A DNA stretch of 44,776 bases from a virus (lineage: Duplodnaviria > Caudoviricetes): the IMG/VR virus record IMGVR_UViG_3300036861_000738. One strand, given 5' to 3'. The position numbers were made by a program, and so were the translations under genes. This document shows, piece by piece, positions 27,264 through 34,929 of this stretch. Every line of letters starts with the position of its first letter. Within the stretch, counting starts at the first letter, position 1. The notes beneath the pieces were generated by a model. It did not search any database. It saw nothing but the letters and a program-made list of their open reading frames with translations, and was not told the DNA's origin.

Positions 27264-28220
27264 TTACGACGCGAGCGCGGCAGTCGTGGCGGCTTCGACC
27301 AGCTCGTCAGCGTAGTTGGCGCTACCTGGGGAAACGTCGTAGTGTCTCTTATGACCTTTGTCCTGGTCAGAAGCGGCGTTTGGAGCTTGGCCGCCCGAGT
27401 CCAAGACGCGGCGGAGCCGTCGCGCGTCCAGGCCGGCGGCGAGGCCGCCGAGCCACCACACCGCGACCTGCTCGCGGTCCAGGGTCGGGACGACCGCGAC
27501 GCAGGCGTCGACGATCTCGTGGTCGGGGGTGGCGGGCAGGTGCTCGTCGCCCTCCAGGCCCAGGAGCCGCTGCACCTGCTTGTGCCGGTAGGAGAACGTC
27601 GGGTCGTCCTTGGCGGCGCGCAGGTGCCGGGTGATCGCGGTCGCGAGCTCGCCCACGGTCACCGGCTGGCCGCGCCGGGAGCCCCACTCGTCCAGCGCGT
27701 CGTTGAGCATGTCGGCGAACTCGCGGGAGCGGTCGCGGGGCCGGGCGGTGCGGGCCGCCCAGCGGTCGGAGGTGGTGGCGATCCTCACGGTCACGTCCTC
27801 CCCGTCGTAGACCTGGCGGGCCGCGGCCAGCAGCCGGCCGGCGTCGAGGTCGACGCCGAGGTCCTGGAACGCGGCGACCCACGCGGCGAGCAGCCGCTGG
27901 CCGTGGCCGTCGCGGGACCAGCCCGGCGCGGCGCGGTCGTCGTCGTCGCCGACGAAGCGGCCCATCGAGTCGCGGACCCGGCCGTGCTCATCCGGGTAGA
28001 GCTGCCCGTCGGCGATGAACTTCACGTAGCCGCGCAGGACCTTCTTGGCCTGGTAGGGGGTGTAGGTGTGCTCGCTGCCGAGGTGGCGGTCGATCCGGGC
28101 GGCCAGCTCCGAGGGGGTGACCGGCCGGCCGCGGCGCCGCTCGGCGGTGCGCACGGCGTTGTTGAGGGCGGCGGCCAGCGCGGGGCTGCGCGGCTGCTCA
28201 GCCTGCCGGTCCGCAGGCAT
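27264..28220 (-). CDS. Putative immunity repressor with two homologous HTH-like domains, ORF B
   Basis: GGAGG RBS; divergent from the cro-like gene and upstream of int; internal repeat RRGRPVTPSELA / RRGQPVTVGELA. Confidence 0.6.
   Translation of the reverse strand: MPADRQAEQPRSPALAAALNNAVRTAERRRGRPVTPSELAARIDRHLGSEHTYTPYQAKKVLRGYVKFIADGQLYPDEHGRVRDSMGRFVGDDDDRAAPGWSRDGHGQRLLAAWVAAFQDLGVDLDAGRLLAAARQVYDGEDVTVRIATTSDRWAARTARPRDRSREFADMLNDALDEWGSRRGQPVTVGELATAITRHLRAAKDDPTFSYRHKQVQRLLGLEGDEHLPATPDHEIVDACVAVVPTLDREQVAVWWLGGLAAGLDARRLRRVLDSGGQAPNAASDQDKGHKRHYDVSPGSANYADELVEAATTAALAS
27323..27368. other. Candidate tyrosine-recombinase core site (attP/dif-like)
   Basis: AT-richer imperfect dyad with 20-bp arms (13/20 match) around a 6-bp spacer TGTCTC; inner TTATG as in dif. 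Confidence 0.5.
27699..27737 (-). repeat. 39-bp inverted repeat, copy 2
   Basis: Encodes RDRSREFADMLND in frame in ORF B, as copy 1 does in ORF A. Confidence 0.95.
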
Positions 28221-28264
28221 GCAAGGCCTCCACTGGTGTCCTGGTCCCGGTGCGTACGCGAGTA

Positions 28265-28352
28265 AGCCTACTCGTACGGCCAAGTGTGTGTCTATCTGTC
28301 CGCACGGCCGGACGGCCAGGAAGTTGACGAGCTGTGCAACCACCCGTACGGT
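28265..28352. promoter_or_regulatory. Divergent rep/cro promoters
   Basis: Leftward TAGACA-18-TAGGCT (28294-28265); rightward TTGACG-17-TACGGT (28324-28352), overlapped by operator variant GACGAGCTGTG. Confidence 0.65.
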
Positions 28353-28393
28353 GCCGGTGGGGCCGGACACCCGCACGACCCGAGGGAGGCGTG

Positions 28394-28639
28394 ATGGGCA
28401 CTGTGCCCCGCAGGTTCGACCACCAGCGGCTCAAGCAGCTCCGCCTGGCGCGCGGCTGGTCGCTGACCCGCGCCGCCGCCGAGGCCGGCGTCACCGAGGC
28501 CACCTGGCGGAAGTGGGAGGACGACACCACGCCCCGGTTCGACCTCGGCGTCGCCCTGGCCGCCGCCCTCGGCGTCGAGTGCGACGCGCTGCTGACCCCC
28601 GCCACGGCAGGCGTTGACACCCTGGCTGACAGCCTGTAG
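28394..28639 (+). CDS. Cro-like XRE HTH regulator
   Basis: LKQLRLARGWSLTRAAAEAGVTEATWRKWE....PR....ALAAALGV. Confidence 0.88.
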   Translation: MGTVPRRFDHQRLKQLRLARGWSLTRAAAEAGVTEATWRKWEDDTTPRFDLGVALAAALGVECDALLTPATAGVDTLADSL

Positions 28640-28642
28640 GCT
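28614..28642 (+). promoter_or_regulatory. Early promoter TTGACA-17-TAGGCT with operator GACAGCCTGTA
   Basis: Consensus elements; the operator at 28628-38 overlaps the spacer and -10. Confidence 0.75.
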
Positions 28643-29108
28643 ACGCCCGTCAGGCAAGCCCGCTGACCAGCACGGACGCAGAACGGCGGACCCGCCGAGG
28701 AGCCCGCCGTCCCGATTCGAAGTCCGCCCCGCCAAGGACAGATCCCGAACCGCCAGGAGCATACCATGCGCGACCCCGACCCCCTCGCCGAGTTCCACCA
28801 GCTCGCCCGCCACCCTGGCCCCGCCGACGGCTGCCAGGCGTGCGCCCAGGCCGATGTCGCCAGCCGGCAGGCCGCCACCCGGGCGCGGGCCGGCCGCCGC
28901 GCCCGCGAGCGTGCCGTCGACCGCCTCCTGGAGGTGCTGTAGTGGCCGCGCACGGGTCCCTCGACGGCCGAGAACTCACCGACGCCGAGGACCGCTTCTG
29001 GCGCAAGGTCTACGCCACCCGACGGAAGGCCGGCGACACGCCCGATGAGGCCATCGTCTGGGCCGACAACGCGGTGCGGGATTACCGCGACGCGCAAGAG
29101 CAGTTCTG

Positions 29109-29339
29109 ATGGCCTCGCCGTGGCGGGACACCACCACCCACCTGCCGGCCGGCGCCGACCGGGCCGCGTTCGACGCCTGCCCGCCCGTGGTCTCGAATGG
29201 CTACGTCGGCCCCGACCCGATGGAGCTCGCCGTCGAGGCGGCGCTCGAGGAACGCTACTTCGACGAGGGCCGCGACCCCGGCCTCGCCCTGTGGGGCTGG
29301 CTGGCCACCCGCACCGACGACCCGAAGGACGCCGCATGA
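29109..29339 (+). CDS. Hypothetical protein
   Basis: Coupled early-operon ORF. Confidence 0.55.
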   Translation: MASPWRDTTTHLPAGADRAAFDACPPVVSNGYVGPDPMELAVEAALEERYFDEGRDPGLALWGWLATRTDDPKDAA

Positions 29340-29578
29340 AGGCCGAGGGCCAGCCCCGCGGGATGTTCGCCACCACGCCGGTTGCCGCGCGCACCTACCA
29401 GTGCGACGGCTACCGCTGCGGCCGGCCGATCCTTCGCGGCGAGCGCTACCGCCAGTTCGTCGTCGCGCCCTGGTACGAGCATAACTACGGCGCCAAGACG
29501 CTGCAGCCCGACGGCAGCTGGAAGGACACCCACTGGCTGACCTATCGGCTGCACCTCGATCCGGAGTGCAGAGCATGA
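29336..29578 (+). CDS. Small Cys/His protein
   Basis: ARTYQCDGYRCGRPILRGERY...H...C; ATGA-coupled. Confidence 0.55.
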   Translation: MKAEGQPRGMFATTPVAARTYQCDGYRCGRPILRGERYRQFVVAPWYEHNYGAKTLQPDGSWKDTHWLTYRLHLDPECRA

Positions 29579-30363
29579 AGGCCGAGCAAGCCATCGCCCT
29601 GCTGTCAGGCGACTGGCCACCGAAGATCGATGAGCACTGGCCGCCGAAGGACAAGGCCCGCTGGCGCCGGGGGATGCACCTGCAGGGGCTGATCGAGGCG
29701 GTCCTGCACCCGCCCCGCCCCGACGGGTCGAAGCACCGCGGCGAGCCCTACCTGGCCCTGTACGTCCGCCGCCTGGTCGACGGCCGGCTGGTGATGTGGC
29801 ACGGCTGGCACACCGCCGCCGAGGACGTGCCCGCCATGCAGCCCGCCCCCGGCCTGCTGTTCACCGCCGTCTACCGCGGCCAGGGCGCCAACGACTTCGA
29901 AGACTTCAAGTACCTCGTGACGCCCTACGACCCGCCCGAGTCGACCGGTTCTGCGCCGCTGCCCGGTGATGACCGGCCCCCCGAGCGGCCACGCGGCCAG
30001 GTCAGCCCACGGCGCACGGTGACGCCCTCGGTGACCGACCGGCCGCCACCGCCCCCGCCAGCTGCCGGCCCGGTCACCCGCGAGGCGCAGGCCGAGGCGA
30101 CCGCGACCCGCAACGGCCGACGGCCCGCGCCCGGCACCGCCGCCAAGATCGCCGAGCGGGAGGCCGGCATCCCCACCGAGGAGGCCATCGCCGCCGTGCG
30201 CGACCGCGCCGATGGCCATCGGTTGCTGCTCGCCGCCAGCCCGGAGTTCCGCGCCGCCGCCACCGCCGACGGCACGCTGTGGGCCTCGACCGACGCCGCG
30301 AGGTGGCGCGAGTACCTCGCCGAGACCCGACGGGCGTTCCTCGGCCAGGAGGCGCCAGCATGA
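29575..30363 (+). CDS. Hypothetical protein (possible ssDNA-binding beta domain plus Pro-rich linker)
   Basis: Coupled ORF in the replication/recombination region; function is a guess. Confidence 0.5.
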   Translation: MKAEQAIALLSGDWPPKIDEHWPPKDKARWRRGMHLQGLIEAVLHPPRPDGSKHRGEPYLALYVRRLVDGRLVMWHGWHTAAEDVPAMQPAPGLLFTAVYRGQGANDFEDFKYLVTPYDPPESTGSAPLPGDDRPPERPRGQVSPRRTVTPSVTDRPPPPPPAAGPVTREAQAEATATRNGRRPAPGTAAKIAEREAGIPTEEAIAAVRDRADGHRLLLAASPEFRAAATADGTLWASTDAARWREYLAETRRAFLGQEAPA

Positions 30364-30731
30364 CCGCCGAGATACGCGGCAACTGGGAGACCCGTGACCG
30401 GGCCGGTGCCACCGGCACGACCATCCTCGCCTGGCCCACCGTCCCGGAGGAGCGGAACTGCCCGCTGTGCCGCCGTAACGTCCTGCACACCCGCGCCGAG
30501 CACGACCTGGTCTACGGCCCGGCGAAGCAGGAGCGCGACCGGATCCGTCGCCAGCTCGACGCCGCCCAGCAGCTCGTCTTCGAGGATGCCCTGGCCGCGC
30601 TCATCGGGCAGGGCTGGACGGCGGAGAAGGCCTTCGACGAGCTAGTCGCGCTCGAAAGCCACGTCGGCTTCGACCGCGTCGAGGCCATCGCCGACGGCGA
30701 GCCGCACCCGTGGGAACGCCGGTTCATCTGA
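30360..30731 (+). CDS. Hypothetical protein
   Basis: GGAGG RBS; CPLC..H...H. Confidence 0.55.
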   Translation: MTAEIRGNWETRDRAGATGTTILAWPTVPEERNCPLCRRNVLHTRAEHDLVYGPAKQERDRIRRQLDAAQQLVFEDALAALIGQGWTAEKAFDELVALESHVGFDRVEAIADGEPHPWERRFI

Positions 30732-30759
30732 GCGGCGCCGAAGGGGGACGATGGGGGCC

Positions 30760-31239
30760 ATGCCGACCTACGCGAGCAAGACCGACGTGCCGGTCGCCGC
30801 GAGCGTCGCGGAGATCCAGCGCACCGTCGAGCGGTTCGGCGCCGAGGAGTTCGGCTACGCCGTCCGCCGCGACGCCGGCATGGTCGAGTTCATCTCCGGC
30901 GGCCGGCGGGTCCGCATCGTCGTGCCGCTGCCCGACCGCGACGCCAAGGAGTTCACCACCTACCTGCGCGGCGGCTTCCGCTACGAGCGCGCCGAGGGCG
31001 AGGCGACGAAGCGGTGGGAGCAGGCGTCCCGGCAGCGGTGGCGCGCCCTCGCCCTGGTCGTCAAGGCCAAGCTGGAAGCCGTCGAAGCCGGCATCTCCAC
31101 CTTCGAGGCCGAATTCCTCGCCCAGCTCGTCCTGCCAGGCGGCATCACCTTCGGCCAGGCGGTCGCGCCCCGGCTCGAAGAGGTGCTGGCCGGGTCGGCG
31201 CCGGCGAGCCTGCTCGAGCTCGAACCGAAGCGTCCGTGA
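30760..31239 (+). CDS. Phage hypothetical protein
   Basis: Well-formed ORF; QRWRALALVVKAKLEAVEAGISTFEAEFLA is a motif I recognise from phage proteins of unknown function. Confidence 0.7.
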   Translation: MPTYASKTDVPVAASVAEIQRTVERFGAEEFGYAVRRDAGMVEFISGGRRVRIVVPLPDRDAKEFTTYLRGGFRYERAEGEATKRWEQASRQRWRALALVVKAKLEAVEAGISTFEAEFLAQLVLPGGITFGQAVAPRLEEVLAGSAPASLLELEPKRP

Positions 31240-31260
31240 GCACCACCTGGCGGGGCAGGC

Positions 31261-31289
31261 GTGACAGGCTGTGGGAACCGTCGTAGACT
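31261..31289 (+). promoter_or_regulatory. Promoter GTGACA-17-TAGACT with operator GACAGGCTGTG
   Basis: Intergenic, upstream of the nuclease and replication genes. Confidence 0.65.
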
Positions 31290-31415
31290 GCCGCCGGTGA
31301 CGCGAGGACCCGGCTAAGGAGTGACGTCCCGCCGGGTCCCGATCCAAGACGGAGGCTGCGTCCGTCTCGGTGCGCTTGGGCGCATCCTACCAGGCGACGC
31401 GGACCTCCGGGAAGC

Positions 31416-31892
31416 ATGGAGGCTGCCGTGCCAACTTCCCCGCACCGGCTGCTGCCGGCGCGCCCCACTACCTACCGGGGCATCCGCATGCGCTCGCGGC
31501 TCGAGGCCGACTTCGCGCGCTGGCTTGATGGTCCGGCCTCACCATGGCGAGCGAAAGGCTACGCCTGGGCCTATGAACCCGAGTGCTTCGCCGATGAGCG
31601 CGCCCAGTACCTTCCGGATTTCCGCCTCACGGCGACAGGGAAGCCAACGCAGTACATCGAAGTGAAACCGATCAGCTTTGCGGGTGGAGAAGGAGAGGCG
31701 CACCTGCTCGCAGGGACGATTCACCGCATGGAGACCATCTGGTCATCTTGTCCCGACGCGATCCTCGTGCTGGTGTTCTGGGAGTGGCAGGAGGATGGTC
31801 CGTCCGCCTTCCTGCTCGGCTGGCCCGGTTCTCACGAATGGTGGCTGCGAGATATCGATGGCCGCACCTACCAATTTCCGAAGGCTGGCTGA
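31416..31892 (+). CDS. PD-(D/E)XK nuclease
   Basis: PTTYRGIRMRSRLEA, WAYEPE, YLPDF and YIEVKP motifs. Confidence 0.8.
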   Translation: MEAAVPTSPHRLLPARPTTYRGIRMRSRLEADFARWLDGPASPWRAKGYAWAYEPECFADERAQYLPDFRLTATGKPTQYIEVKPISFAGGEGEAHLLAGTIHRMETIWSSCPDAILVLVFWEWQEDGPSAFLLGWPGSHEWWLRDIDGRTYQFPKAG

Positions 31893-31898
31893 TTCGGG

Positions 31899-32798
31899 GT
31901 GACCAGCCCCGTCCGCGTCTACGGCCGCAACTTCGGCCGGGTGCCAGACGAGCTGCTCTGGGACACGGGCGCCTCGGACGCGGCGTGCCGGCTCTACGCC
32001 GCGTTGACCCGCTACGGCCAGCGCGGCGACCGGATCGTCCCGCCGCGCAAGGAGCTGGCCAAGCGGCTCGGCTGGTCGACCAGCAAGCTCGACCGCTACC
32101 GAGAGGAACTCGAACGCATCGGTGCGCTGTACGTCGAGCACTGCTTCGACCCCAAGACTCGCCGCCAGGAGGAGTCGGCCTACTGGATCGACGGTCGCCG
32201 GCCCCTCCCCAAATCTGATAAGGGGTCCCTCCCCACTGATGATGAGGGGTCCCTCCCCAAATCTGGGAAGGACGCCGTTCCGAAATCTGGGGAGCCTATA
32301 GAGCAGAGAGAGAGTTCGGCTCCTAACGGAGCCGGCGCCAAGGCGCCGGCGTCGAGTTCGAACGGCACGAGCGGCAACCCGCAGACCAGCCTCGCGGCCC
32401 TGATCGACCACGTCCGCGAGCGGACCGGCAACCCCGCCTACCGGCCGGACGACACGACGATCGGCAAGCTCACCAAGGCGTTCGAGCGGTGCTACGCGGC
32501 CGGCGCGACCGCCGCCGAGGTCGATGCGGCCGCGCGGGCGTGGGCGGCCGAGGACCGGGACGCCTCGCTGCTGCCGTCGTTCGTGGACGCCCGCCGTCGT
32601 GGCGGCCAGCGCAACGGCCAACCAGGGCACGTGACGCCGCCGCGGTCGCACGTGGGCCACGACGGCCGCCACGACCCGGCGTGCTGGTGCTACTCACCGA
32701 CTGGCGGCACGGGCGCGCCGCCCCTGCTCGAGGCCGCCGGGATCGCCCGCCGAACTCCCGTCCCCGCAGGCGTTGACAACGTGGCCGCTGATGGGTAG
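31899..32798 (+). CDS. Replication initiator (N-terminal HTH, lambda O-like organisation)
   Basis: FGRVP..LL...SDAACRLYAAL...PPRKELAKRLGWSTSKLDRYREELERIG, followed by a repeat-bearing linker. Confidence 0.75.
   Translation: MTSPVRVYGRNFGRVPDELLWDTGASDAACRLYAALTRYGQRGDRIVPPRKELAKRLGWSTSKLDRYREELERIGALYVEHCFDPKTRRQEESAYWIDGRRPLPKSDKGSLPTDDEGSLPKSGKDAVPKSGEPIEQRESSAPNGAGAKAPASSSNGTSGNPQTSLAALIDHVRERTGNPAYRPDDTTIGKLTKAFERCYAAGATAAEVDAAARAWAAEDRDASLLPSFVDARRRGGQRNGQPGHVTPPRSHVGHDGRHDPACWCYSPTGGTGAPPLLEAAGIARRTPVPAGVDNVAADG
32203..32298 (+). repeat. Four 24-bp iteron-like repeats (putative origin)
   Basis: Units start at 32203, 32227, 32251 and 32275; consensus CCCTCCCCAAATCTG..AAGGGGT. Confidence 0.75.
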
Positions 32799-32811
32799 CG
32801 TACAAGCTGTC
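32773..32811 (+). promoter_or_regulatory. Promoter TTGACA-17-TAGCGT followed by operator TACAAGCTGTC
   Basis: Upstream of the BldC-like gene; shares GCAGGCGTTGACA with the 28614 promoter. Confidence 0.7.
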
Positions 32812-32844
32812 GAAACGACCCGTACCCTCCAAGGGAGCCCCGCC

Positions 32845-33048
32845 ATGTCGAAGGACGCCAAACCGACGTACCTCCGTGCCGCCGAGGTCGCGGCGCTGAT
32901 GCATGTCACGCCGAAGACGGTCTCCCGCTGGGCGCACGAGGGCAAGCTGCCCCACCTGCGCACGCTTGGCGGCCACCGCCGCTACCTGGAGGCAGAGATC
33001 CGCGAGCTGGTCGAGCGGCTGTCGGCCGAGGTCGAGGCGGGCGAGTGA
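32845..33048 (+). CDS. bldC: BldC-family MerR-like DNA-binding protein
   Basis: AEVAALMHVTPKTVSRWAHEGKL..LRTLGGHRRY.EAEIR closely matches BldC. Confidence 0.8.
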   Translation: MSKDAKPTYLRAAEVAALMHVTPKTVSRWAHEGKLPHLRTLGGHRRYLEAEIRELVERLSAEVEAGE

Positions 33049-33572
33049 TGGCCGCCACCGAGCCCGCGTACTTCCTCGGGTCCCTGCTGCTCTCGGACGA
33101 CACCAGGGTCGACGAGCGCGCGCGCCCCTGGGTCCAAGACGACCGGCTGTGGGCCGTTGTCGACGTGCCGCTCGGTCGCGGCGGGGTCACCGTGCAGGGC
33201 CAGCCGGCCGGTTTGCGCCGACTCGGCAAGGCGCTGCTGTTGGCGGCCGACCGGGCCGAGCGGGCGCTGGCGGCGTGGCAGCTCGCCGCACCGCTCGCTG
33301 CCCCCGTCATCACCGAGCCCGTCGAGGCCGGCGGGGTGCCTCCCCGCCCCGCCGGCCCGGCACCCGCCCCCGGGCCCGACCATGACCCTGACCACGAATC
33401 CACTGACGACCACTCGCACCTCGTTGACGGTGCCCTCATCGGTGGCCATGGGCTGTGTGCGGACCTGCCGGCGGGCTTCGCGTACGTCGAGGAGGGCACC
33501 GTCCACTACCACGCCCCCACCGACCCGCCCGTCAACGACTCGGCCGACCCCGACCCGAGGTGGCAGCAGTGA
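33045..33572 (+). CDS. Hypothetical protein
   Basis: Coupled ORF. Confidence 0.55.
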   Translation: MMAATEPAYFLGSLLLSDDTRVDERARPWVQDDRLWAVVDVPLGRGGVTVQGQPAGLRRLGKALLLAADRAERALAAWQLAAPLAAPVITEPVEAGGVPPRPAGPAPAPGPDHDPDHESTDDHSHLVDGALIGGHGLCADLPAGFAYVEEGTVHYHAPTDPPVNDSADPDPRWQQ

Positions 33573-33871
33573 GCCGCGACCCGCACCCGGCCGACGACTA
33601 CGCGGCCTGGAAGCCGCTGGCGGAGGCGACCCGGCAGGCGCTGGACCTGCTCGGCTACGGGACGCCCCGGTGCCTGCCGGGCGAGCCGGAGGCGTGCGGC
33701 GGCAACTTCGCCGAGCACGCGCTGGGCCACCTGGCCGCGCTCAAGGCGGTGGTGGAGCACCGCATCGCCCACCTCGGCGAGGGGTCCGGGCCGATGGTCG
33801 AGCAGGTCTACGCCGCGACGCTGGCGACCCTGCGGCGGACCGACCCGTGCGACCAAGGACACCAGTCGTGA
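33569..33871 (+). CDS. Hypothetical protein
   Basis: GTGA-coupled ORF. Confidence 0.5.
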   Translation: MSRDPHPADDYAAWKPLAEATRQALDLLGYGTPRCLPGEPEACGGNFAEHALGHLAALKAVVEHRIAHLGEGSGPMVEQVYAATLATLRRTDPCDQGHQS

Positions 33872-34407
33872 CCCGCGACCCGCAGGCCGAGCGGGGCGTG
33901 CTCGCCCGCGCGCTCGACCCTGACCCGCTGGGCGCCCTGGCCGACTACGTCGACGCGGGCTACGCGGGCGCGCAGTTCGAGGTCCCGACCGAGGACGCTG
34001 CCGCGATCGTCGCGGAGGTCCGGACGCTGCGCCGGTTCGTGAATGCGGCTCGTGCCTTCATCCGCGCTGAGGAGCTGGACAGCTCGTACGGCGCTCCGGC
34101 CTGGGCGCTGCTCAAGGACGCCCTCGACAGCTACGACCGCGCCACCACGCAGCGCCGTCCCGCCGGCCCCGACCCGGCGGCCGAGGTCGACCGGCTCCGT
34201 GGCCTGCTGGCCAAGCTGGAATGGGCCGGCAACGGCGCACCACAGACGGGCGCACCCGCTGTCGACTGGGCAAGCTGCCCGGTCTGCGGGCTGATCCGGC
34301 AGGAGCCGGCCGGCGGGTTCCACCTTGACGACTGCTGGCTTGCCGCTGAGGTCCGTGGCTGGTCCCGGCGGGACGGCGAGGCCGCCGGAGAGGCGGGTGG
34401 GTCGTGA
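33868..34407 (+). CDS. Hypothetical protein
   Basis: GTGA-coupled; C-terminal CPVC...H..DCW. Confidence 0.5.
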   Translation: MTRDPQAERGVLARALDPDPLGALADYVDAGYAGAQFEVPTEDAAAIVAEVRTLRRFVNAARAFIRAEELDSSYGAPAWALLKDALDSYDRATTQRRPAGPDPAAEVDRLRGLLAKLEWAGNGAPQTGAPAVDWASCPVCGLIRQEPAGGFHLDDCWLAAEVRGWSRRDGEAAGEAGGS

Positions 34408-34929
34408 GCCGCCAGCGCCTGCGGGCATTGGCCGAGCTGGCGGCCCTCATCACTGTGGCTTGCCTGCTGCTCGCGCTCCTACAACTCATCTTCGACGGCG
34501 AGGTGCGCTGGTGGTGAGCGAGCGCTACGTCCCCGACCAGGCCGCCGTGGACTGGGCGCGCGCTGCGGTCGAGCGCGTCTTGGCCCGCATGGAAGAGCAC
34601 CACGCCTGGCAGGAGGCCAACCGTCCCTTGGCCCAAGCCCAGGGCTATCAGATGGCGATGCGCTGGCTGCGCCGCGAGCTGATCGGCGGGCAGGGCTGCG
34701 TCATCGCCGCGTTCGACCAGCGCCGCCCCGAGGTCGAGAAGGCGATGGAACACGGTCGGCCGTGGGTCGACCGCACGATGCATGACCGGGCCGACGGTCC
34801 GCCCCTCGCGCCGCCGGTCCGCGCCCCCGCCTCGGCCGCGACTTCCCCCGCGGCCGAGGCGGGTTCCACGTCCGGTGGGGCGGCAGAGCTGGGGCCCGCC
34901 GCCCCGCCGGAACGACCCGAAGGCGGGCG

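Noticed and set aside
25804-27737. 39-bp repeat pair as DGR template/variable repeats or IS ends
   Set aside because: No reverse transcriptase, adenine-specific mismatches, transposase or target duplication.
28690-28735. TTCGAA T-loop-like sequence as a tRNA or att remnant
   Set aside because: No cloverleaf or paired T-stem on either strand.
32203-32298. 24-bp repeats as a CRISPR array
   Set aside because: They are tandem with no spacers, lie in frame within a gene, and no cas genes are present.
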